Of a stretch of 64,000 bases of DNA, positions 29,055-38,438 are shown piece by piece. A program made the position numbers and the translations under genes. The notes beneath the pieces are model-generated. The model saw nothing but the letters and a program-made list of their open reading frames with translations. It did not search any database and was not told the origin of the DNA. The stretch comes from Bacteroides fragilis (GTDB lineage Bacteria > Bacteroidota > Bacteroidia > Bacteroidales > Bacteroidaceae), in NCBI GenBank assembly GCA_963630065.1, contig CAVGLH010000001.1:2282-66281 (forward strand). The letters are read 5' to 3'. The first letter of the stretch is position 1. Each line of letters opens with the position of its first letter.

Positions 29055-29933
29055 TCACTTGTAATACTCTTTCTTTCCGGCGGCCAGGGTGTTCTTCATC
29101 AGCGAGCAGATGGTCATCGGACCAACACCTCCCGGCACGGGGGTGATGAAGGAGCATTTCTCGGCCACCTCGCTGAACTTGACATCGCCGTTGAGCCGGA
29201 ATCCGCTCTTCCTCGTGGCGTCGGGCACTCGGGTGGTACCCACGTCGATGACCACGGCCCCAGGCTTCACCATATCGGCCGTCACGAAGTCGGGCTTGCC
29301 GATGGCTGCAATGATGATGTCAGCCTCCTGACATTCCTTCTTCAGGTCGTGCGAGTGGGAGTGGCACACGGTGACTGTGGCATCGCCATACTGCTTCTGC
29401 ATCATGAGCTGGGCCATGGGCTTGCCCACGATGTTACTGCGTCCCAGCACTACGCATTTCTTGCCCGAGGTCTCGATGCCGTAGTGCTGCAGCAGGGTGA
29501 GGATGCCGAGCGGCGTGGCCGATATGAAGCAGGGCATTCCGAGAGCCATTCTGCCCACATTGACGGGATGGAATCCGTCTACGTCCTTGCGGTAGTCGAT
29601 GGCCATGGTCACCTTCTGCTCGTCGATGTGCTTGGGCAGGGGCAGCTGCACGATGAATCCGTCCACGTCCTGATCCTTGTTGAGCCGGTCTACGCAGGCC
29701 AGAAGTTCCTCCTCGGTCACGTCGTCCTCATATCGGATGAGTGTAGACTTGAATCCGCATTTCTCACAAGCCAGCACCTTGTTCTTCACATAGGTCTCGC
29801 TTCCTCCGTCGTGGCCCACGAGCACTGCCACCAGATGGGGTCTCTTGCCGCCCTGGGCGATGATTTGCCCCACCTCCTGGGCTATCTGTTCCTTGATGGC
29901 GGCCGCAGTCGCCTTTCCGTCGATAAGAGTCAT
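29055..29933 (-). CDS. folD: Methylenetetrahydrofolate dehydrogenase/cyclohydrolase
   Basis: [43 protein letters not shown]. Confidence 0.96.
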   Translation of the reverse strand: MTLIDGKATAAAIKEQIAQEVGQIIAQGGKRPHLVAVLVGHDGGSETYVKNKVLACEKCGFKSTLIRYEDDVTEEELLACVDRLNKDQDVDGFIVQLPLPKHIDEQKVTMAIDYRKDVDGFHPVNVGRMALGMPCFISATPLGILTLLQHYGIETSGKKCVVLGRSNIVGKPMAQLMMQKQYGDATVTVCHSHSHDLKKECQEADIIIAAIGKPDFVTADMVKPGAVVIDVGTTRVPDATRKSGFRLNGDVKFSEVAEKCSFITPVPGGVGPMTICSLMKNTLAAGKKEYYK

Positions 29934-29994
29934 TTATTCAATGTTAAATGTTAAATGTTAAGTTATAAGAGCATACGAATTCTTCACTCTTCAC

Positions 29995-31338
29995 TTACAT
30001 CTTGGGCATTCCGGGCATTCCCTTCATGCGCGCCATCATGCTGGCCATCTTGTTGCCAGTCATCATCTGCATCATCTTGCGCGTCTGGTCAAACTGCTTG
30101 ATGAGCTTGTTCACCTCCTGAATGTTGGTGCCCGATCCCTTGGCGATGCGCTGGCGGCGCGAGGTGTTGAGGATGGCGGGGTTGGTGCGCTCCTTGGGTG
30201 TCATACTCTGGATGATGGCCTCGATACCCTTGAAGGCATCCTCGGGGATGTCTACGTCGCGGATGGCTTTGCCCACGCCTGGAATCATCGCAGCCAAGTC
30301 CTTGATATTGCCCATCTTCTTGATTTGCTGTATCTGGGCATAGAAATCGTTGAAGTCAAACTGGTTCTTGCGAATCTTCTTCTCCAACTTCTTGGCCTCC
30401 TCCAGATCAAACTGCTCCTGCGCACGCTCTACGAGCGACACTACGTCACCCATGCCGAGGATACGGTCGGCCATACGGGCGGGGTGGAACACATCGATGG
30501 CCTCCATCTTCTCGCCCGTACCGATAAACTTGATGGGCTTCGTCACCACCGTGCGGATGCTGAGGGCTGCTCCGCCTCGGGTATCGCCGTCGAGCTTGGT
30601 CAGAACAACGCCGTTGAAGTCGAGACGGTCGTTGAACTCCTTGGCAGTGTTTACAGCGTCCTGTCCAGTCATGGAGTCTACCACGAAGAGGGTCTCATCG
30701 GGGTGCAAGTGATTCTTCAGGTTGCTAATCTCCTGCATCATCTGCTCGTCCACGGCCAGTCGGCCTGCAGTGTCTACAATCACCACGTCGTTGCCCTGGG
30801 TCTTAGCCTGCTGGATGGCGTGGTCGGCAATCTGGCACACGTCCTTGCTGTCGGACTCGCTATACACGGGAACTCCCACCTGCTCTCCCACCACATGGAG
30901 CTGCTGGATGGCTGCCGGGCGGTATACGTCGCAAGCCACAAGCAGCGGTTTCTTGCCCCTCTTGGTCTTGAGCATATTGGCGAGCTTGCCGCTGAAGGTT
31001 GTCTTACCCGAACCTTGCAATCCGCTCATGAGGATGATGGCAGGGTGCCCTTCCAGTTTGATGGGTGCCTCTTCGCCTCCCATCAGCTCGGCCAGCTCGT
31101 CGTGTACGAGCTTCACCATCATCTGCCCTGGCTTCACGGCCGTGAGCACGTTCATGCCGAGTGCCTTCTCCTTCACCTTGTTGGTAAATTCCTTGGCCAC
31201 CTTGTAGTTTACGTCGGCATCGAGGAGTGCGCGGCGCACATCCTTCATGGTCTCGGCCACGTTGATTTCGGTTATCTTACCTTCTCCCTTCAGTATCTTG
31301 AAGGATCGTTCCAGTCTGTCACTTAAATTTTCAAACAT
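29995..31338 (-). CDS. ffh: Signal recognition particle protein Ffh
   Basis: GLQGSGKTT, DTAGR, TKLDGD, RILGMGD, Met-rich M domain. Confidence 0.97.
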   Translation of the reverse strand: MFENLSDRLERSFKILKGEGKITEINVAETMKDVRRALLDADVNYKVAKEFTNKVKEKALGMNVLTAVKPGQMMVKLVHDELAELMGGEEAPIKLEGHPAIILMSGLQGSGKTTFSGKLANMLKTKRGKKPLLVACDVYRPAAIQQLHVVGEQVGVPVYSESDSKDVCQIADHAIQQAKTQGNDVVIVDTAGRLAVDEQMMQEISNLKNHLHPDETLFVVDSMTGQDAVNTAKEFNDRLDFNGVVLTKLDGDTRGGAALSIRTVVTKPIKFIGTGEKMEAIDVFHPARMADRILGMGDVVSLVERAQEQFDLEEAKKLEKKIRKNQFDFNDFYAQIQQIKKMGNIKDLAAMIPGVGKAIRDVDIPEDAFKGIEAIIQSMTPKERTNPAILNTSRRQRIAKGSGTNIQEVNKLIKQFDQTRKMMQMMTGNKMASMMARMKGMPGMPKM

Positions 31339-31487
31339 GTTCTATTTTTCTTCGTTTTTGTTTTATGGGCACAAAGTTACGATTTTTTTTCGGAAAAACA
31401 AGCAAGTTTGTGTGTTTTTTTTGTTTAAGGGTACTTCTATAAATTAATAAACGTGTTGCTGTAGACGTAGAATGTAGCGAAAAAATA

Positions 31488-31568
31488 AAGCCGCCTTCAT
31501 TGGGCATCGAAACCGCCTTCATTGGACATCGAAACCGCCTTCATTGGACATCGAAGCCACTTGCATTT
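31488..31568. repeat. 22-bp tandem repeat (3 full copies plus a partial)
   Basis: AA(G/A)CCGCCTTCATTGG(G/A)CATCG at 31488, 31510 and 31532; degenerate copy from 31554. Confidence 0.9.
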
Positions 31569-31676
31569 TTTGCATAGTAGAACATCCTGCGTCTACGCAT
31601 TTAACGGAAGAACCTAAACTTTACACCCTACCAAATTATTCCAACTATTTTTTTTTTGGGGGGGGGGGACTGTTAC

Positions 31677-34262
31677 TTAAAAGTCTACGACCGTGATTCC
31701 CGCTCCGCCAAACTGCACGTGCTCGTCGGCATAGTGCGTCACGTTGGGCACGCTGCTCAGGTATTGCCTAATGAGCTGCCTCAGAATACCATTGCCCTTG
31801 CCGTGGAGGATGCGTACGCGGGGCATGCCCACCAAGATGGCGTCATCGATGAAATACTGAACTGCGTTCAGTGCCTCGTCCCCCCTCATACCTCGCACGT
31901 CCAGATCTTGGTGGAAGTTGGTCTTGTGAGCATCAATGGTCTTGCGCGTTTCCTGACTGATGCCATAGGCGGCCAGTTTTTCCTTGCGCACCTCCGTCTT
32001 ATCGTTAGCGGCAGTGGATTCCGCAGCCAGTTCCAGTCGGTTCAGCCGCATCTTCGTGCGCATGCCACCGAATACGGCTGTGGCCATGTCGCCCGTGATA
32101 CTCTCAATACGTCCCGTAGATGTCAGTCCCTTGATACATACAGTGTCGCCAGCCCTCAGCTCCCGCTTCGTATTCTCGGCTTGAGCCTTGTTGGTGGCCC
32201 CGCGCAGGGCAGCGGCCGCCTTCTCTTGGTTCTCCTTCTTCTCAGCCTGTCGTTTGGCATGTCGCTCCTTGCGCTGCTGTATCTGCGCTATCTTGCGGGC
32301 TATCTTATCGTCGGCTTCCTTTGTGTCAATGTCCTGCACCTCCTGCTTGAAGTCATCCAGCTCCTGTCGGATGCGGCGGGTCTCCTCCTTCTCGGCCTGG
32401 CTTTCGCGTATTTCCCGGATGGCGTTTTCTATCTTTCGGTTGCTCTCTTTCAGCAGCTCGGTTGCCTCCTCCTTGGCCTTTTGCAGGATAGCTTTACGGC
32501 TACGCTCGATGTCCTCGATGTCGCTCTCATACTTGGAGATGGCCTTTTCCATATCCTTCTCTCGCTGGTGGATGTTCTGTCGCTTGTTCTCCCAGTATCG
32601 CTTGTCGCGCACGATGTCCTGTAGGTACTTGTCGCTCTGGATGTATTCCGAGCCCACGATGTCGCTCGCCTCCTTGATCACCTCCTCTGGCAATCCTATC
32701 TTGCGGGCTATCTCGATGGCGAAGGAGGAACCGGGGCGGCCGATGGCCAACTGGAAGAGGGCCTTCATTTCGTGGCGGTCGTAGAGCATGGCACCATTGA
32801 CCACTCCCTCGTGGCTGTCGGCGAAATGTTTCAAGTTTTGGTAGTGGGTGGTGATCACGCCGTAGGAACCCTGCTTACAGAATTTGTCGAGCACGGCCTC
32901 AGCGATGGCCCCGCCGATGCCCGGTTCTGTTCCCGTGCCAAACTCGTCGATGAGGATGATGGTGCCGCTGCTGGCCTGCTTCATCATGTTCTTCATGTTC
33001 AGCAGGTGGCTGGAGTAGGTGCTCAGGTCGTTCTCCAAGCTCTGTTCGTCGCCGATATCTATCATGATGTCCTTGAACACGCCCGTCTTCGACCTTTCGC
33101 TCACGGGGATGCTCAGTCCGCACTGCAGCATGTATTGCAGCAGTCCCACAGTCTTCAGGCATACCGACTTGCCGCCGGCGTTGGGTCCAGAGATGATGAG
33201 GATACGTTTCTCTGGTGTCAGAGTGATGTCCAGCGGCACCACTTTTTCCTGCTTCTTCTCAAGCGAGAGTTGCAGCAGGGGGTGCACGGCGTGGATCCAA
33301 TCCAGGCAGGGACGGTCTTCCACCTCGGGCTCGATGGCCTTTAGCATATCGGCCAGTTTGTATTTGGCCTGCACCAGGTCGACAAGAGCCATAAAGTGGT
33401 AGCTCTCCAGCATTTCCTTGCCGTAGGGTCGTATTTTATTGGTCAGTTCGGTGAGTATGCGTATTATCTCCTTCCTTTCCTCTCCCTCCAACTCTCGCAC
33501 TCGGTTATTGGCCTCCACCACCTCGGTGGGTTCCACGAACACGGTCTTTCCCGTGGCGCTCTCGTCATGCACGATGCCTCGGATTTTCTTCTTCAGGGTG
33601 GGTATCACGGGAATCACGAGTCGTCCGTCTCTCAGCGTGGGCGTCACGTCTTTCTCCACCACACCCTCGGCCTGGGCCGCACGCAGTATATTATATAAGG
33701 TACGCGAGATGCTTCCCTCGGTCTTGGCCAGTTCCCGGCGTATCTGTAGCAGTTCGGGGGATGCGTTGTCGCGTATCTTGCCATATTTGTCCAGTATCTG
33801 GTCGATGCGCTGTATCAGTTGGGGGAAGGTCACCACGTCCTGGGCCAGTCGGTGCAGGGCGGGGTAAGGGTATTTCTTCTCCCTTCTCCATCCGTCCTCC
33901 TGTTCGGCATGTGCTTCGTCCTCATCACTGCGGTTAAGGATGCGTGCCATGCCGTCGATGGTGGCGAGCGAGCGTCTAAGGTCGAAAAGCTCGTCCTCCT
34001 CCAGATGCGTGTTTTCCACCCGGATGCGCAGGATGCTCTCCCGCACGTCGTAGAAGTATTGCAGGGGGAAGTCTTCCACCTCCTCCATGAGCTTTCTGAA
34101 CTCGCCCACTTGTTGGAGCCGTTCGTTCACCTCCTCTGCCTCTATTGAGAAAGCCATCTTGTCCACCTGTTCCTTTCCCAGCGTGGAGATGCATCTTTCC
34201 CTCAACATTTTTCGGATTTCGTTGAATCCCGTCTTGCTTTCAAAATTGTCTGGATAAATCAT
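31677..34262 (-). CDS. mutS2: Endonuclease MutS2 (with Smr domain)
   Basis: GIVHDESATG, SGPNAGGKS, DIGDEQS, DEFGTGT, TTHY, GRPGSS; Smr motif LDVRG...ILHGKGNG...GGAG. Confidence 0.95.
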   Translation of the reverse strand: MIYPDNFESKTGFNEIRKMLRERCISTLGKEQVDKMAFSIEAEEVNERLQQVGEFRKLMEEVEDFPLQYFYDVRESILRIRVENTHLEEDELFDLRRSLATIDGMARILNRSDEDEAHAEQEDGWRREKKYPYPALHRLAQDVVTFPQLIQRIDQILDKYGKIRDNASPELLQIRRELAKTEGSISRTLYNILRAAQAEGVVEKDVTPTLRDGRLVIPVIPTLKKKIRGIVHDESATGKTVFVEPTEVVEANNRVRELEGEERKEIIRILTELTNKIRPYGKEMLESYHFMALVDLVQAKYKLADMLKAIEPEVEDRPCLDWIHAVHPLLQLSLEKKQEKVVPLDITLTPEKRILIISGPNAGGKSVCLKTVGLLQYMLQCGLSIPVSERSKTGVFKDIMIDIGDEQSLENDLSTYSSHLLNMKNMMKQASSGTIILIDEFGTGTEPGIGGAIAEAVLDKFCKQGSYGVITTHYQNLKHFADSHEGVVNGAMLYDRHEMKALFQLAIGRPGSSFAIEIARKIGLPEEVIKEASDIVGSEYIQSDKYLQDIVRDKRYWENKRQNIHQREKDMEKAISKYESDIEDIERSRKAILQKAKEEATELLKESNRKIENAIREIRESQAEKEETRRIRQELDDFKQEVQDIDTKEADDKIARKIAQIQQRKERHAKRQAEKKENQEKAAAALRGATNKAQAENTKRELRAGDTVCIKGLTSTGRIESITGDMATAVFGGMRTKMRLNRLELAAESTAANDKTEVRKEKLAAYGISQETRKTIDAHKTNFHQDLDVRGMRGDEALNAVQYFIDDAILVGMPRVRILHGKGNGILRQLIRQYLSSVPNVTHYADEHVQFGGAGITVVDF

Positions 34263-34267
34263 GGGTG

Positions 34268-34299
34268 CAAAGTTACATCATTTTTGTGTAACTGCCAAA
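34268..34299 (-). promoter_or_regulatory. mutS2 promoter, probably giving a leaderless mRNA
   Basis: Minus-strand TTTG-N20-TAACTTTG ending 5 nt before the ATG. Confidence 0.75.
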
Positions 34300-34693
34300 C
34301 TTCGGACGATAAAACTCGACTTATCTACCTTGCTTTTGCTGCATATCTGCCATCGTTGCATACAGTTTCTCAGTTTGGAAATACATATTCCACGCCACCT
34401 TGCCGCACACTTGGGGTTGATTTTCAATCCGATATTTTGCATATTTTCTACTTTTTAGTATGCATTAATATGTATAAGCGTGGATTGACAACATCATCTA
34501 TTTTTGGAACGTGACGCGAATGTGCTAAAAATATCCGTATATCACTGAAAATTATGCCTTTGTATATTCTTTTACCTTTGCAACTGGAGTACCTTTGCAA
34601 ATGAATTGTGAGAAAACGTCAGCTGTGAAAGTTGATAGCTGCTCTGTCGCCAAGCAGCAAAGCCCTTTCAACTATCAGCTATAAACCAAAAAG

Positions 34694-35425
34694 TCACTCA
34701 TCCTTCTTCTTGAACACGTCAGGTTTCTGCTGGTCGTCCTGTTTCGAGTCCATGAAAATTTCGCCCACCGTCAAGGCTGTGCCGAGAGCTCCGGCTGCTA
34801 TTTTCCCAAGAGAGACAGGCTTCGGTTTCTTGGCCTCCATCGAGTCCTGTGCCTCCAGGCTCAGCTCATAGTCTGTCTTCTCGCCGTAGACCTTCCCGGT
34901 GGCCTTCTCGTAGGCGGCCACGATGGGGTCTTTGCGGTCCATCTCGCGAAAGATTTTCTTGGCCTCCTTCAGGTGCTTGCGGTCGCGGCGGCCCTGCTTG
35001 TCCATCCATCCAAAGGCGTTGAAGCCGATGCCACCAGGCGAAGTGGGGATAGAGTTGACCTTGTCTTGTATGTTCTGCTCCATCTGCCGCACATGCTCCT
35101 GGTCCTTGCCCCACACTGTGACCTCGCCTATCTGGTGGGCCTCGGGCAGGAGAAAGACGGTGTCGGGCAACTGCTCCAGATAAATGGTGGCTTTCACGAA
35201 GCCAGGCTTGCTGACCGTGGCCGAGTCGAAGGAGTAGCGCATATTGAAATAGCCCCGGTAGTCGGTGCGCGCCCAGTGGTTGGTGTTGGTGTGGACGAGG
35301 GCCTCGCGGATGGGCACGTGATTCTCGGCCGAGGCGATGACACAGGTCTTTTGGGCTAGAGCCTGCGCGGCGGCCGCGCACATGATGGTCATTGCCAATA
35401 ATATCTTCTTCATCGTAGCTTTCAT
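34694..35425 (-). CDS. Secreted hypothetical protein with a carboxypeptidase-regulatory-like N-terminal domain
   Basis: Signal peptide (ALA-Q); TDYRGYF...SKPGF...IGEVTV pattern typical of this Bacteroidota domain; upstream TATCTTTG. Confidence 0.7.
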   Translation of the reverse strand: MKATMKKILLAMTIMCAAAAQALAQKTCVIASAENHVPIREALVHTNTNHWARTDYRGYFNMRYSFDSATVSKPGFVKATIYLEQLPDTVFLLPEAHQIGEVTVWGKDQEHVRQMEQNIQDKVNSIPTSPGGIGFNAFGWMDKQGRRDRKHLKEAKKIFREMDRKDPIVAAYEKATGKVYGEKTDYELSLEAQDSMEAKKPKPVSLGKIAAGALGTALTVGEIFMDSKQDDQQKPDVFKKKDE

Positions 35426-35453
35426 TTTTTGCTACAAAGATAAGCAAAAAAAC

Positions 35454-35493
35454 AATATCTCCCAAGCCCCGCAACAAGTTTTTGGGAGATATT
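35454..35493 (-). terminator. Hairpin after the oxidoreductase gene
   Basis: AATATCTCCCAA...TTGGGAGATATT followed by a U tract on the minus strand. Confidence 0.55.
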
Positions 35494-35538
35494 AATGCGA
35501 TTTAAAGATGGTTAAGGAATCGTGCCGTTAATTACAGA

Positions 35539-36951
35539 TTACAAATTGTTCCGGCTGTTCTCGATTCTCTTGGCCTCCTCCAGCAGTTTGATGGCATCGA
35601 CATACTGGGCGATGCCCTGCGCCACCTCCTTGGCGGCCTTCATGGCTAAGACCACAGTCTGCGGACGATGCACCACATCGCCGCCGGCGAACACACCGCG
35701 GCGGGTGGTCATGCCGAAGGGACGCTCTACTACCTTGACATATCCCTTCTCGTCCACCTCGATGCCCCCGGTGGTGGAGACGATGCGGTTGGCCGGGCGG
35801 GATCCGATGGCCAGGTAGATGCGGTCGAACTTTTCTACCCGCTCGCCCCCGGGCGTATGGAGCAGGCAGCTTCCCAAGCGACCGTTCTTGCCGCGGCGGA
35901 ATTCCTCCACGGTGGTCTGCCACTCAAACTTCACTCCCTCCTTCACGGCATCCTCATACTCGCTCCGGATGGCAGGCATCTCCTCTTGCGTCTTGCGGTA
36001 GAGCACGGTTACATCGGCCCCCAGTCGGATGGCTGTACGGGCCGCATCCATGGCCACGTTGCCGCCACCTATCACACCCACCTTCTCACCGTCTTTAAGG
36101 GGCACCATGTCACGCGTCAGTGCGCCCTCGTTGTAGGCGTTCACGTTGTGTAAGAAGTAGGTACTCTGGCTCACACCGTGGAGCTTGCTGCCAGGGGTGG
36201 AGTCCATGTTCTGAGGCACGCCGGTGCCGGTGCCCATGAAGATGGCGTCGTAGCCAGCCTGGAAGAGGCTGTCGATAGTGACGTTGTTCTCGCCCACCAT
36301 GCATCCTGTGACGAACTGCACTCCGAGGGCCTCTATCTTGCTCACCTCGTCGCGCACCACGGTCTTAGGCAGCCTATACTCAGGAATGCCATACATCAGC
36401 ACGCCGCCCGGCTCGTTCTGCCCCTCGAAGATGGTCACGTTGAAACCCTGCCGGGCCAGGTCGCCGGCCACGGTAAGTCCTGCGGGGCCCGATCCGATGA
36501 CAGCCACTCGGCCACGGGTCTTCTGTGGTAGTCGCTCGCGCGAGAGGCGCATCTTGGTGTCAAAGTCGGCTACAAACTGCTCTAGCTTTCCTATCTGCAC
36601 GGGCTTTCCCTTCTTGCCCAGCACGCAGTGGCCCTGACACTGCTTCTCGTGGGGGCACACTCGGCCGCAGATGGCGGGCAAGTTGCTCTTGGCGTTGATG
36701 ATGCTCATGGCGGCTCCCATGTTGCCCATGGAGAGCTCGTGCACGAAGTCTGGAATGTCGTTCTCGATGGGGCATCCCTTCCTGCACTGCGGCACCTTGC
36801 AGTGCAGGCATCGCTTGGCCTCCTCAATGGCCTCGTGGGTGGAGAATCCTTCGTTTACCACCTGGAAACCATTGGGCTGCTCGGTCGGCTGCTGGTTGTC
36901 ACACTGCTGCTGGTTGTCGATATCTTTCTGTTCTGTCTGTTCGCTTGTCAT
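35539..36951 (-). CDS. GltD/SudA/NfnB-like NAD(P)-dependent Fe-S flavoprotein
   Basis: EAKRCLHC..PQC..GCP, CGRVCP..QC..HC, IGSGPAG, YGIPEYRLPK, GGGNVAMD, FAGGD. Confidence 0.88.
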   Translation of the reverse strand: MTSEQTEQKDIDNQQQCDNQQPTEQPNGFQVVNEGFSTHEAIEEAKRCLHCKVPQCRKGCPIENDIPDFVHELSMGNMGAAMSIINAKSNLPAICGRVCPHEKQCQGHCVLGKKGKPVQIGKLEQFVADFDTKMRLSRERLPQKTRGRVAVIGSGPAGLTVAGDLARQGFNVTIFEGQNEPGGVLMYGIPEYRLPKTVVRDEVSKIEALGVQFVTGCMVGENNVTIDSLFQAGYDAIFMGTGTGVPQNMDSTPGSKLHGVSQSTYFLHNVNAYNEGALTRDMVPLKDGEKVGVIGGGNVAMDAARTAIRLGADVTVLYRKTQEEMPAIRSEYEDAVKEGVKFEWQTTVEEFRRGKNGRLGSCLLHTPGGERVEKFDRIYLAIGSRPANRIVSTTGGIEVDEKGYVKVVERPFGMTTRRGVFAGGDVVHRPQTVVLAMKAAKEVAQGIAQYVDAIKLLEEAKRIENSRNNL

Positions 36952-37088
36952 GATGATTCCTTTTATTATCGTTTTTTACTTTTTTCGTAGTTTGCAGCTG
37001 CAAAGTTACTAATAATATTCCAAACACGGCCTCTTTGCCCCCAAAAACATCACGAAAACGTTGCACATTTCAAATAATAGACTTATTT

Positions 37089-37676
37089 TTACACCAAATA
37101 CATGATAGAACGATAAAGCTGCATCAACAGAACATAGAACAAGAAGAGAGGCGACAAAAGTCGGAAGCCGCTGTTCATCGCCACATAAATGTCTGTGACA
37201 CTGCGGAACCGCTCGCTCATCCAGCCATAGCTCGCTCCCATCAATATGAGCACAAGGCATACGTAGGGCACCAAGCTGCGAGTGAAACTGCTGGGCATCA
37301 ATCCCCCCAACACGTTCAGCAATATGGCATGGGGAACAACGGTAAGGGCCAGCATCAACAGAACAGCCATAAGAAACTCCACCAGAATGAGACGCAACGC
37401 TGTGCGCTGTCGGTATTCCGAACTGTCATAGCGCAGAACACCGCACTGTCTCACCATTCCGGCGGCAAAACTCGCCAGCACAATCCACACCAGCCAGGGC
37501 GTGGCCAGCATGTCCGTGAAATTGCCACAAAACCAACGGATTCCCTCGGCATTGGTCAGCGAGCGCGTGAATACATCGGGCATCGCAGCCATCAACACCC
37601 ACGAAGCCAGCACCACCAGCACCTGGGCCACAGCCAGTCCAAGAGCCAGACAAGCCAAAACTTTCTGTATTCTCAT
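37089..37676 (-). CDS. Miniature AbgT-like membrane protein (about 5 TM)
   Basis: RSLTNAEGIRWF resembles the AbgT N-terminal motif; 195 aa, hydrophobic; start at MRIQK (37676). Confidence 0.65.
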   Translation of the reverse strand: MRIQKVLACLALGLAVAQVLVVLASWVLMAAMPDVFTRSLTNAEGIRWFCGNFTDMLATPWLVWIVLASFAAGMVRQCGVLRYDSSEYRQRTALRLILVEFLMAVLLMLALTVVPHAILLNVLGGLMPSSFTRSLVPYVCLVLILMGASYGWMSERFRSVTDIYVAMNSGFRLLSPLFLFYVLLMQLYRSIMYLV

Positions 37677-37690
37677 GCTAAAAACTATCC

Positions 37691-38416
37691 TTATTCCGCA
37701 TCCGCCTGCAAGTTGTCGATATCGAGGATGCGCAGCTCGCACGCCCTCACCACGAGGCGGGTGGCATTCACTCCCACCCCGTTGTTGCCGTCGGGGAAAA
37801 GCTTCTGCACAAGCTCGGCCTGGCGCTTCTCCAAGCTCTTTACGCCGAAGGGCATGCCGCGAAGATTAGTAATCTGCTCTTTCGTATAGCCCAGGGCCAG
37901 ATGGCGCAGAAAACGCTCGTCGTATTCGTCAATCTCATAGTTGACCAAGGCCTCCTGTCGCATCAACTGCACGTTGACGCTGTGCTTGAACCGCTCCACG
38001 ATCTTTTGTAGGATGGGTTGATTGAACACCAGTTTCTTTCCGCCCATGCAGCTGGCCACGTCGCCGCGGGTCAAGAGTTCGCCGCTCTTCAGAATGATGC
38101 CGTCACAACCGGCGTCGAGCACATCTACCCAAAGTTTCTCGTTCAGAATCTCGCCCGTGAAGATGAGCACCTTCAAGGCCGGATATTGCTCCTTAGTCTG
38201 CCGGCAGATTTCCACGCCCACGGTGGTGGAGCCGCCCAGCCCCAGATCGAGCAGTACAAGGTCGGGCATCTGCTGCTTGATGAGCCGCCAATAGGACATC
38301 TCATTTTCGGCCGTTCCGATAATCTCGGCCTCGGGAATGTCGGTCTTGAAAATACCCTCCGTTCCCTTGAGTTCCAAGGGTACGTCTTCTACTATTATCA
38401 CCTTAAACTTTTCCAT
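37691..38416 (-). CDS. Response regulator, REC plus LuxR-like HTH (DUF5932-type)
   Basis: IIVED, LLDLGL, IFTG, ILKS REC motifs; C-terminal FLRHLALGYTKEQI...KSLEK; start at 38416 or 38446. Confidence 0.85.
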   Translation of the reverse strand: MEKFKVIIVEDVPLELKGTEGIFKTDIPEAEIIGTAENEMSYWRLIKQQMPDLVLLDLGLGGSTTVGVEICRQTKEQYPALKVLIFTGEILNEKLWVDVLDAGCDGIILKSGELLTRGDVASCMGGKKLVFNQPILQKIVERFKHSVNVQLMRQEALVNYEIDEYDERFLRHLALGYTKEQITNLRGMPFGVKSLEKRQAELVQKLFPDGNNGVGVNATRLVVRACELRILDIDNLQADAE

Positions 38417-38438
38417 TTTTTCCTTATCTCGTTTTGTT

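Noticed and set aside
31488..31568. Possible CRISPR array
   Set aside because: The repeats are contiguous with no unique spacers, and there are no cas genes in the window.
31339..31676. SRP RNA next to ffh
   Set aside because: I could not find the conserved SRP domain IV hairpin; the region is explained by a promoter and repeats.
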